A stretch of 44,682 bases of DNA from an uncultured virus (IMG/VR IMGVR_UViG_3300030106_006575) (Duplodnaviria; Heunggongvirae; Uroviricota; Caudoviricetes): IMG/VR virus record IMGVR_UViG_3300030106_006575. One strand, 5' to 3'. Positions within the stretch are counted from its first letter, which is position 1. Every line of letters begins with the position of its first letter. Shown piece by piece: positions 20,752-29,491 of this stretch. Below the pieces are notes generated by a model. The model saw only the letters and a program-made list of their open reading frames with translations. It was not told the DNA's origin and ran no database searches. The position numbers and the translations under genes were made by a program.

Positions 20752-21081
20752 ATGAAAATTACAAAAGAGAATCTAGCAAAAATCGCTATGGAAGAACTCA
20801 AAGCCGTTGTGGAGGCACGCCTCCCTCAGTCGGGCTATTCGGATCCGTTAGGCAGCGAACTGGATAAACTGATTCCTATGTTACAAAAGATGGGGATAAA
20901 AGGAAAAGATATTCCCTTGAAGCTGAGGGACTTAGCAGATCATTATGAGTCTGGCGAGTACCAAGTGGTTGGCACTGGTTCGCCGCTTCTCCCTGGTATG
21001 GAGGATTATGCGCCGTCACCCGAAGAGCACATTAGGAAAATGCAAAGATACCTTCAAAGCCTTAAGGAAGGACTTAAATAA
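20752..21081 (+). CDS. Small protein with variant leader (MKITKENLAKIAMEEL)
   Basis: AAGGGA SD; leader motif. Confidence 0.65.
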   Translation: MKITKENLAKIAMEELKAVVEARLPQSGYSDPLGSELDKLIPMLQKMGIKGKDIPLKLRDLADHYESGEYQVVGTGSPLLPGMEDYAPSPEEHIRKMQRYLQSLKEGLK

Positions 21082-21085
21082 CAAA

Positions 21086-21541
21086 ATGAAGTCAATACTT
21101 GAAAATTGGCGCGGGTATATAGCTGAGCAGAAAGAAATAAATACTGTCGGCGATTTACGCAAAGCTATAAAACTTATGAGGCTAAAAGATGCCGGCGGCG
21201 AAGTCGGCAAAAGAGCCGCGTCAGCTTTGGTAGGTATGCTCCCCGGAGGTGGCACTGCCTTAACTCTATTTACTAGTGCTAAGGATTCCTTGGATCTACT
21301 TAAAAAGGTATACGGCGCCGACGATAAGGCAAAGACCGGTACAGGCTTGGATAAATTGAATGTCAACGATCAAGTTTCAGCCATCGTGGACGATCCAATC
21401 GAGGTGGCTTTTCTTAACTATTTAATCAAAGATAAATTTGTTAATGCTCCTGAAGACCAAAGTTTGGAAGACTTTGATGCGACCAAAGGACTTCAGCGGT
21501 ATCTCATCGACAAGTTCGGTGGAACAACAGTTAAAAAATAA
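21086..21541 (+). CDS. Hypothetical protein (MKSILENWRGYIAE start)
   Basis: ATG 21086 with AAGGA SD just after the upstream stop, preferred over 20945 which overlaps the previous gene. Confidence 0.6.
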   Translation: MKSILENWRGYIAEQKEINTVGDLRKAIKLMRLKDAGGEVGKRAASALVGMLPGGGTALTLFTSAKDSLDLLKKVYGADDKAKTGTGLDKLNVNDQVSAIVDDPIEVAFLNYLIKDKFVNAPEDQSLEDFDATKGLQRYLIDKFGGTTVKK

Positions 21542-21543
21542 TC

Positions 21544-21573
21544 CTTGACAGCAGGTCAAGTATATGTTATATT
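21544..21573 (+). promoter_or_regulatory. Sigma70-type promoter with extended -10 and overlapping inverted repeat
   Basis: TTGACA 21545-21550, 17 nt, TG-n-TATATT 21565-21573; CTTGAC-N5-GTCAAG at 21544-21560. Confidence 0.75.
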
Positions 21574-21596
21574 AAGTATTCAAGTAAGGGGTTACT

Positions 21597-24500
21597 TTGA
21601 AGATAGCACATATCGCGGACACTCATATCCGCAACTATAAGTATCATAAAGAGTATCGAGCAATTTTCGATCAGATTTATGACAAATTAAGAGAAGAGAA
21701 AGTTGATTACATTGTCCACTGCGGAGATCTCGCACACACAAAAACTCAACTCTCTCCTGAATATTTTGACTTGGCGACATCGTTCTTAAAGAACGTTGCC
21801 GACATTGCTCCGACCTATATTATTCTCGGGAACCACGATGGTAATCTAAAGAATGAACATAGACAAGATGCAATTACGCCAATCGCAACCGCTCTGAACC
21901 ATCCACAACTGCATCTGTTAAAAGACGCAGGCGAGACTGTGGTTGGCGATGTGGCGTTTAATGTTCTTTCCGTCTTTGACGAGGAGAACTGGGTCAAGCC
22001 ATCAGATGACGAGCGCATCAACATCGCTCTCTATCACGGCTCTGTGTCAGGGGTTAAAACAGACACAGGCTGGGTGATGACGCACGGCGACCACCCTATT
22101 GAAATTTTTGAAGGGCACGACTATGTTATGCTTGGTGACATTCATAAAACGAATCAGATCCTCGATGACGCTGGTCGCGTCCGGTATCCGGGCTCCACTG
22201 TTCAACAGAACTTTGGTGAGACAGACGATAAGGGATTCTTGCTCTGGGATATCCAGAGCAAAGAAGAGTTTACTTGCGAGCATATTGTAATTGAAAACCC
22301 CAAGCCCTTTGTAACAATAAATCTAACCCCCACCGGGCGTATGCCCAAGGGCTTGTCTGTGAAAAAGGGTTCGAGATTGCGGCTCGTTTCCAATAACAAT
22401 CTGTCTCTTGAGGCGATGCGTAAAGCTATAGACGTGGCAAAGCAACGCTTCAAGCCCGATACCATCAATTTCCTTAATCGCGCCGCAGGACAACGGGGCA
22501 ATGTCGAAGAGATTACGGATCGTATTCAGCAAGATGATATGCGAAATCCCGAGATACAAGAGGAGCTTATCAGGGAATACCTTGTGGATTATCAAGCAAG
22601 CGAAGACCTAATGAAAAAGGTGCTCGATCTCAACTCTCAGTATACTAAGAAGGCCGAAGAGGAAGAAGAAATATCAAGAAACATCAAATGGTGCATTAAC
22701 GAACTGAGATGGGATAACTTATTTAATTATGGCGATGACAATCGAATTGATTTTAGCCGCTTGAACGGCACAGTCGGTATTTTCGGCAAGAACTATTCCG
22801 GAAAATCCAGTGTTATCGATAGCTTACTGTATACTTTGTTCAACACTACTTCGAAGAAAGAAAGAAAAAATGTTAACATTATCAATCAAAATAAGGAAGA
22901 AGGCTCCGGAGAGGCTATAATTACTATTGGAGATGAACAATATTATGTTTGTCGCAATTCAAAGAAGTATACCAAACGCCTTAAGGGTGTCGAGACGCTT
23001 GAAGCGAAGACAGATTTGGATTTTTTCAAGCTCGATAGCAACGGCGAAAGGATTAGTTTAAATGGACTTACACGAAACGACACAGACAAAAACATCAGGA
23101 AAGTCTTCGGATCTCTTGATGACTTCCTTCTTACTAGTTTGTCTAGCCAGCTTGATAGTCTTTCCTTTATTAGGGAAGGCAGCACAAAAAGGAAGGAAAT
23201 CTTGGCAAAGTTTCTCGACTTGGAAATCTTCGAAAAGAAATTCAAGTTAGCGAAAGAAGACGCCTCTGATATGAAAGGTGCTCTCAAGCGCCTTGAAGGC
23301 AGAGAGTACGATGCCGAGATAGAAGAAGCCGAAGAAGAGCATGTTGAGTGCGAACAGAATCTGGAACAGCAGAAGATTATATGTGAACGGTTGAAGGGAG
23401 AAGTAGAAAAGTTCGTTTCGGATATAGCCGAGATTGATACCAAAATTGAATCCATTCCGGCAGAGGTTATCGATATTGCACAAGTTAGAATCGACATTAG
23501 GGACAAACGAGCTAACTTAGCCGCAGCGCAGAAAAGGCTTAAGCAAGACAAGGGAGACTTAAAAGATAAAAAAGATCTTGTTGTAAAGATTAATGAGTTT
23601 CTTAAGAACTACGATATAGATGATCTGAAAACCAAAGAAGCAAAATCTGAGGACCTGTCATATACAATCGATGGCTTGCGTACTGATTTAAGCCAGATAG
23701 AAAAGAAGATCGCTTCTCTTGATGATCCAGGGTTCCTAAAGGGCTGCAAGTGTCTTCACGAAGCAGAGGAAGCTTTAGGGCGGAAACCTATTATTGAAGA
23801 TAAGATAGGAGAGCTTTCTAAGGAGCACGCTGACCTGGATCCTGTTGCTATTGAGAAGAACCTTGAACAATATGATTCTCTAATAACAAAGAAAGATACA
23901 ACAACTAGGTGTATTACGACTACAGAACTTAGGATTGCTCGCAATCAAAATACTATTGGTCGTTTTGGCACCGAGTTGGAAAATCTAAAATCCAAGGAGA
24001 CTTCCTACGAAGATAATAAAGAAGCTATTGAGAATCTCGAAGCTCTTCTGTCTGAAAAGAAAATCCACGGAAATGCCCTCGCCACAAAAAGAGGAGAACT
24101 TGCTACTTGCGAAGAAGAAATTATAAAATATCATAGGCTCGTTGGCTCACTAGAACAGAAGGTTCTGAATATCAAGGAACAGAAAAGCGAATATATCGAA
24201 CTCAGAGAACAATTCGCAGCTTACGACCTTTATATGCGGTGTATGCATCCTAACGGGATTGCCTATGATGTCATTAAGAAGAAGCTTCCTGTTATCAATC
24301 AGGAAATCGCAAAGGTTCTCGCGAATCTTACAACTTTTGAAGTCCTCTTTGAAGAGGATGGAAATAAGCTTGATATTCTCATCAAGCATCCGAAGCACGA
24401 ACCTCGTCCGCTCTCGATGGCTTCGGGTGCCGAGAAGACGATGGCTGCAATGGCCATCCGACTTGCTTTCTTGGCAGTGTCCAATCTACCCGCCAGCAAT

Positions 24501-24692
24501 ATTATGGTATTAGATGAACCCGGCACTGCACTGGACGAGGAACACTTACAATCATTTACCCAGCTTTTGGATATGGTAAAGGTGCATTTTAAAACGATCC
24601 TTCTGATATCTCATTTGGATTCTTTGAAAGATGTTGTCGATATGACCCTTGACATTTCAAAAAAATCGGGTTATGCTTACATCAGCCAGTAA
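21597..24692 (+). CDS. Fused SbcD/Mre11 (gp47-like) phosphoesterase and SbcC/Rad50 (gp46-like) ABC ATPase
   Basis: ADTH, CGDL, GNHD, YHG, GDIH; Walker A GKNYSGKS; coiled coil; signature ASGAEK; Walker B IMVLDEP; ISH loop; TTG start with AAGGGG SD. Confidence 0.92.
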   Translation: MKIAHIADTHIRNYKYHKEYRAIFDQIYDKLREEKVDYIVHCGDLAHTKTQLSPEYFDLATSFLKNVADIAPTYIILGNHDGNLKNEHRQDAITPIATALNHPQLHLLKDAGETVVGDVAFNVLSVFDEENWVKPSDDERINIALYHGSVSGVKTDTGWVMTHGDHPIEIFEGHDYVMLGDIHKTNQILDDAGRVRYPGSTVQQNFGETDDKGFLLWDIQSKEEFTCEHIVIENPKPFVTINLTPTGRMPKGLSVKKGSRLRLVSNNNLSLEAMRKAIDVAKQRFKPDTINFLNRAAGQRGNVEEITDRIQQDDMRNPEIQEELIREYLVDYQASEDLMKKVLDLNSQYTKKAEEEEEISRNIKWCINELRWDNLFNYGDDNRIDFSRLNGTVGIFGKNYSGKSSVIDSLLYTLFNTTSKKERKNVNIINQNKEEGSGEAIITIGDEQYYVCRNSKKYTKRLKGVETLEAKTDLDFFKLDSNGERISLNGLTRNDTDKNIRKVFGSLDDFLLTSLSSQLDSLSFIREGSTKRKEILAKFLDLEIFEKKFKLAKEDASDMKGALKRLEGREYDAEIEEAEEEHVECEQNLEQQKIICERLKGEVEKFVSDIAEIDTKIESIPAEVIDIAQVRIDIRDKRANLAAAQKRLKQDKGDLKDKKDLVVKINEFLKNYDIDDLKTKEAKSEDLSYTIDGLRTDLSQIEKKIASLDDPGFLKGCKCLHEAEEALGRKPIIEDKIGELSKEHADLDPVAIEKNLEQYDSLITKKDTTTRCITTTELRIARNQNTIGRFGTELENLKSKETSYEDNKEAIENLEALLSEKKIHGNALATKRGELATCEEEIIKYHRLVGSLEQKVLNIKEQKSEYIELREQFAAYDLYMRCMHPNGIAYDVIKKKLPVINQEIAKVLANLTTFEVLFEEDGNKLDILIKHPKHEPRPLSMASGAEKTMAAMAIRLAFLAVSNLPASNIMVLDEPGTALDEEHLQSFTQLLDMVKVHFKTILLISHLDSLKDVVDMTLDISKKSGYAYISQ

Positions 24693-24699
24693 CTATTTA
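24649..24699 (+). promoter_or_regulatory. Stacked sigma70-type and putative late promoters
   Basis: TTGACA 24649-24654, 17 nt, TATGCT 24672-24677; ACTATTTA 24692-24699; AAGGAG SD. Confidence 0.55.
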
Positions 24700-24715
24700 A
24701 CAAGGAGAGTACAAG

Positions 24716-24913
24716 ATGTCAATTGAAGAAGTAAACAAAGTATTGCAAGTATTTGTCAATGCTATTACACTCGCTCAGCAACGCGGCGCCTATTCGTTGG
24801 AAGAAGCAGCAAATATTTTTGCTGCAATTCAATCTATTAATAATGCTAATAGTGCAGTCGATGCAGCCGCAACTGAGCAAGAAACCCCAGAACAAGAACA
24901 GGAGGAATCATGA
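24716..24913 (+). CDS. Small hypothetical protein (AQQRGAYSLEEAANI motif)
   Basis: Strong SD; helical 65-aa ORF. Confidence 0.6.
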   Translation: MSIEEVNKVLQVFVNAITLAQQRGAYSLEEAANIFAAIQSINNANSAVDAAATEQETPEQEQEES

Positions 24914-25104
24914 CAATGATTAAAGGGGCTCTAGATAAAGGTCTAGAGAAGGTTGTATCACGCAAGCTACTTGTGTGGGCAACCGCAACAGGACTCGCTG
25001 CAACTGGCTTTTTGACCAGTGCAGATTGGGTAACAGTTTCGGCTTTGTACCTAGGTGGTCAATCCGTTGTTGACGCTGTTGTCAAGCTGAAAGGTGGCGA
25101 GTAA
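24910..25104 (+). CDS. Small membrane protein, holin-like
   Basis: SRKLLVW followed by two short hydrophobic segments; GGAGG SD; two possible start Mets (MTM). Confidence 0.45.
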   Translation: MTMIKGALDKGLEKVVSRKLLVWATATGLAATGFLTSADWVTVSALYLGGQSVVDAVVKLKGGE

Positions 25105-25115
25105 GCTTTAGAATT

Positions 25116-25150
25116 AGAGGGGGATCATAGTATGTGGTCTCCCTCTTTTA
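25116..25150 (+). terminator. Probable Rho-independent terminator
   Basis: AGAGGGGGATCA / TGGTCTCCCTCT 12-bp stem (2 GU pairs) followed by a short T run. Confidence 0.6.
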
Positions 25151-25165
25151 TCATTTGGATTATCT

Positions 25166-25552
25166 ATGAAGAAGAAAAAAGACCCAAATTATATTGCCAA
25201 GCTGGAGAAAGCCATATCCGAGAAATATGGATCAGAAGCCGTTGTCAACCCCAGAAGTGGATGGGATGATGAAAAAGAGAAAATCCACCAAGAGCAAATC
25301 GAAAAGTTAAGAGAAAAACAAATTTTATTGGATGATTCCAATGAGAAAGTAGAAGTTAATGGTGTTTTGATACCTAAAAAACTATTTAATAAAGATAGTG
25401 AAAATAGAACTTGCCCCGAATGCAAAGCATATTCTTTCAACTTGAAAGATGATGTATACATGAAAAAATTCCAATGTTGTCATCAATGCTATTTACAGTG
25501 GATTCAAGGCAAGGAAGAGCGCTGGCTATCGGGATGGAGACCAAATAAATGA
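25166..25552 (+). CDS. Hypothetical protein with C-terminal zinc finger
   Basis: CPEC..CCHQC. Confidence 0.6.
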   Translation: MKKKKDPNYIAKLEKAISEKYGSEAVVNPRSGWDDEKEKIHQEQIEKLREKQILLDDSNEKVEVNGVLIPKKLFNKDSENRTCPECKAYSFNLKDDVYMKKFQCCHQCYLQWIQGKEERWLSGWRPNK

Positions 25553-25797
25553 AAGAAGCAAAAAACCCACCTACTCGTTCTGAATCAAGAGATTCACGAG
25601 AAGTACTGAAGGTACTAAACAAGATCGAACGCCATTTGGCTTCATTGGTGTACTACCAACAACCATCTAGATCTTTCGGTGCTTCAATCGAAAAATCTGC
25701 TGCTATGCCATACATTTCCGAAGGAAACGAATCTCGCGAAGAGCTTCGGGCAATGATTGCAGAAGAACTACAAAAAATTATTGAGGAGATTAAATAA
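25549..25797 (+). CDS. Hypothetical protein
   Basis: ATGA overlap, GGAG SD; C-terminal LRAMIAEELQKIIEE resembles the leader helix. Confidence 0.55.
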   Translation: MKEAKNPPTRSESRDSREVLKVLNKIERHLASLVYYQQPSRSFGASIEKSAAMPYISEGNESREELRAMIAEELQKIIEEIK

Positions 25798-26327
25798 TGC
25801 CAACAACACTTGAAATCATTAGAGGTATTTCGCAAGCCGTCGCTAATGGGTACGATGGAGCCTTGGACGATAACGGAGAGCCCGTTTCTATCGGACTCAA
25901 ACGAGAAGAGGGCAATCCAATTGTAGACTCTAGGGTTATGGATGGGTTCAGCGTTAAATTCCACGGCGACATCCTTAAAGTGATGTATCAGTCGGAGATT
26001 AAACTTCGCGATGTTCATAATAAGAACTTTGAATCTGATCTGGAGCAGTCTTGTCAAGATATCGCCAACTTCATTAAGAAAGAATACAAAAAAGTAACCG
26101 GCGACACGCTCTCGCTCACTCCTCAAGGAGATTTTCTGGCACATGTACAGAATACATCAAAGGTCAGAGTTTTTGTTAATGCGTTTAAAGATTACAAGAT
26201 CGGCGGCATTGACGATGTTGAGCCAGTGAAAGGAGAAGCCAAAGACAGCATCGATGCGAAGTTTAAGGACTTCCTTGGTCAAGGTGGATGGGGTACTCGT
26301 CCGGATAACGATAAGCGCAAGGAATAA
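25797..26327 (+). CDS. Hypothetical protein upstream of terminase
   Basis: TAATG coupling at both ends; GAGGAG SD. Confidence 0.6.
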   Translation: MPTTLEIIRGISQAVANGYDGALDDNGEPVSIGLKREEGNPIVDSRVMDGFSVKFHGDILKVMYQSEIKLRDVHNKNFESDLEQSCQDIANFIKKEYKKVTGDTLSLTPQGDFLAHVQNTSKVRVFVNAFKDYKIGGIDDVEPVKGEAKDSIDAKFKDFLGQGGWGTRPDNDKRKE

Positions 26328-27910
26328 TGTCCTATAAATTATCAAAGAAGGAAGCGATAAAGGAAATAGTTAAGTGCGGAAAAGATCCCTCTTACTTTAT
26401 TAATAACTACACAAAGATTTCCCACCCTCTAAAAGGGCTTATATCGTTTAAAACTTATCCATATCAAGATGATCTATTAAAAGATTTTAATGATTATCGA
26501 TTTAATGTCATATTGAAAGCTAGACAGTTAGGTATTTCGACGATCACAGCAGCCTATATTGTTTGGCTTATGCTATTTCACCGAGATAAGAACGTCTTGG
26601 TCATTGCAACTAAATTTCAGACCGCAGCTAACTTGGTTAAGAAGGTTAAGAGTATTATGCAAAACCTCCCACCTTGGCTTAGAATATCAGATATTAAAAT
26701 TGATAACCGCACATCTTTCATTTTGACAAATGGCTCAGAAGTTAAAGCGGCCTCAACGTCTGGCGATGCTGGTCGTTCCGAAGCCTTGTCCTTACTTGTC
26801 ATTGACGAGGCTGCTCACGTTGATGGGCTAGAAGAGTTGTGGACCGGTTTGTATCCTACATTATCAACGGGTGGACGTTGTATCGCTTTGTCGACTCCGA
26901 ATGGTGTTGGTAACTGGTTTCACAAGACTTATATTGAAGCTGAACAAAATGTTAATGACTTTCATCCGGTAAACTTGCCGTGGGATGTACACCCTGATAG
27001 GGATGAGACTTGGTTTGAAAAAGAGACTAGAAATATGTCTCGTAGACAGATCGCCCAGGAGCTTGAATGCAACTTCAACTCTTCAGGCGAGACAGTTATA
27101 CATTCGGAAGATTTAGAAAAACTAGTTTTCGGCATTCAAGAACCAATGTATAAGACTGGATTTGATCGAAATCTTTGGTTATGGTCCCAATATGATCCAG
27201 AATCATCTTATCTGATGGTCGCGGATGTCGCCAGAGGTGACGGTGCCGACTTTTCTGTTTTTCACGTTATTAAAGTAGAAACTATGGAAATCGTAGGCGA
27301 ATACCGAGGTAAACCAAACCTTGAAGAGTTCGCCTCTATACTTGATAATACCGGCAGGGAGTTTGGCAATTGCTTGTTGGTGGTGGAAAATAATAGTTTA
27401 GGTATCTCGATACTTGAAAAATTACAAGACAGAGATTACCCAAATCTTTATTACTCCATAAAGGGTACTCACGAGTATGTTGATAAGGTCCAGGCTGAAT
27501 CAGTCACCAACTCTATACCGGGTTTTACCACTTCTTCAAAGACTCGTCCATTAATCATTGCAAAAATGGAAGAATTCATTCGAAATAAACTAATTACCAT
27601 ATATTCTTCACGCCTCGTGGACGAGTTTAAAACTTTTATATGGAATAACAACAAAGCGGAAGCTATGAGAAGTTATCACGATGACTTAATTATGGCTCTA
27701 TCGATAGGTTGTTGGGTTAGAGATACAGCGCTTACGGTTAATCAGAGAGATTTGGAGTACAAAAAAGCTATGGTTGGTTCAATGATGTTAAATAGTAAAA
27801 CATTCCAGACAACGAACCCTAGTTCAAGAAATGTGCGTCAGGGGCTGACGGATGAGCAAAGAAGTATAAAAGATAATTATAGAGACTTTGTTTGGCTTTT
27901 AAAAGGATAA
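26327..27910 (+). CDS. gp17: Terminase large subunit (T4 gp17-like)
   Basis: YPYQ Q-motif, LKARQLGISTI Walker A, LLVIDEAA Walker B, STPNG coupling motif, nuclease ADVARG and HDDLIMA. Confidence 0.95.
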   Translation: MSYKLSKKEAIKEIVKCGKDPSYFINNYTKISHPLKGLISFKTYPYQDDLLKDFNDYRFNVILKARQLGISTITAAYIVWLMLFHRDKNVLVIATKFQTAANLVKKVKSIMQNLPPWLRISDIKIDNRTSFILTNGSEVKAASTSGDAGRSEALSLLVIDEAAHVDGLEELWTGLYPTLSTGGRCIALSTPNGVGNWFHKTYIEAEQNVNDFHPVNLPWDVHPDRDETWFEKETRNMSRRQIAQELECNFNSSGETVIHSEDLEKLVFGIQEPMYKTGFDRNLWLWSQYDPESSYLMVADVARGDGADFSVFHVIKVETMEIVGEYRGKPNLEEFASILDNTGREFGNCLLVVENNSLGISILEKLQDRDYPNLYYSIKGTHEYVDKVQAESVTNSIPGFTTSSKTRPLIIAKMEEFIRNKLITIYSSRLVDEFKTFIWNNNKAEAMRSYHDDLIMALSIGCWVRDTALTVNQRDLEYKKAMVGSMMLNSKTFQTTNPSSRNVRQGLTDEQRSIKDNYRDFVWLLKG

Positions 27911-27915
27911 GATAA

Positions 27916-29480
27916 ATGGCTAGAAACACAAGAAATCCAAGAAATCCAAGATCAGAATTATTTAAATCTCTGACTAGATTGTTGTCCGGACCCATTGTCA
28001 ACCGTAGAACCCAAACGGGACGACGTATTCGTAGGCATCATATGGATAAATATGCTGCTCGCTTTCAGTCGGCCAGTGGGCAAGAGTTTAAAAAGAGTAG
28101 TTTTAACGTTTTTAAAAATATGCAGCCAGCCGTTGTATCAGGGCATAACCGAACGGAAAGGTATGTTGATTTCGACCAAATGGAGTATACACCAGAAATA
28201 GCATCTGCTTTGGACATATACGCCGATGAAATGACTACACACTCTGCGTTGCAGCCGATGTTGACGATTCGATGCTCTAACGAAGAGATAAAAGCATTAT
28301 TGCAAAGTCTGTATCACGACATCCTAAACATTGAATTCAACCTGTTTGGCTGGTGTCGCTCTATGTGTAAGTATGGCGACTTCTTTTTATATTTAGATAT
28401 CGATGAGAGCTATGGAATCAAAAGCAGCATTGGCTTGCCCATACAGGAAGTAGAACGCATGGAAGGAGAAGATCCAACCAATGCAGACTATATTCAATAT
28501 CAATGGAACACAGCCGGATTAACCTTTGAAAACTGGCAGATGGCACACTTCAGGATTTTGGGTAACGATAAGCACGCCCCATATGGAACGTCCGTATTAG
28601 AGTCCGCCAGACGTATTTGGAGACAGCTGATCTTGCTTGAAGACGCAATGATGGCATATCGTATCGTTCGATCACCAGAACGTCGAGTCTTCTATGTGGA
28701 TGTCGGAAGCATCCCACCGAACGAAGTCGAGCAATATATGCAAAAAGTTATGACTCAAATGAAACGTAACTCAATTGTTGACGAGAGTACGGGACGGGTA
28801 GACCTCCGTTATAACCCTCTAAGCATCGAAGAAGACATTTATATTCCTCAAAGGGGTGGTACAAGCTCAAGAGTTGAAACATTGCCTGGGGGCGCCTTTA
28901 CGGGCGATATAGATGACGTTAAATATCTGAGAGATAAGTTATTTTCAGCCCTTAAGATTCCGGCGTCTTACCTTTCACGAGGCGAGGGATCAGAAGAAGA
29001 TAAGACAACGCTTGCCCAAAAGGACATCAGATTCGCTAGAACGATTCAGAGACTCCAGAGATCAGTTATTTCTGAACTGGAAAAGGTTGGTATCATTCAC
29101 CTATATACATTGGGTTTTCGAAATGATGATTTAATTAACTTTAATCTGTCACTTAATAACCCATCCAAGATTGCAGAACTCCAAGAGCTTGAGCACTGGC
29201 GAACAAAGTTTGATGTTGCTGGAGCCGCAACTGAAGGCTTCTTCAGCAAGCGCTGGGTTGCAGAAAATGTATTCAGCTTATCAGAAGAAGAGATGGTTCG
29301 AATGAAACGAGAACTCTTCCACGACAAGAAATACGACTCTCTACTTGAGAAAGCCGCAGAGAGCGCAGGAGAGGACGCTGCAGCTGCTGGCGGAGGAATC
29401 GAAGGTCTAGGTGACCTTGGAGGAGACGAGCCCGCAGGAGACGACGCAGGGCTTGGTGACGAGCTTGGAGGAGAAGAGGG
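27916..29480 (+). CDS. gp20: Portal protein (T4 gp20-like), runs into an assembly gap
   Basis: EIASALDIYADE, QLILLEDAMMAYRIVRSPERRVFYVDVG, ETLPGG, DDVKYLRDKLFSALKIP, DIRFARTIQRLQ. Confidence 0.93.
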
Positions 29481-29490
29481 NNNNNNNNNN
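29481..29490. other. Assembly gap (10 N)
   Basis: Run of n in the sequence. Confidence 1.
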
Positions 29491-29491
29491 A

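Noticed and set aside
20731..20754. Second in-frame TGA linking 20215..20733 to 20752..21081
   Set aside because: The downstream gene has its own SD and family leader; the local ATTTCA/TGAAAT stem is weak and lacks SECIS geometry.
26327..27910. Intein or intron in terminase (also considered for primase and capsid)
   Set aside because: Motif spacing is normal and no intein termini or homing endonuclease motifs were seen.
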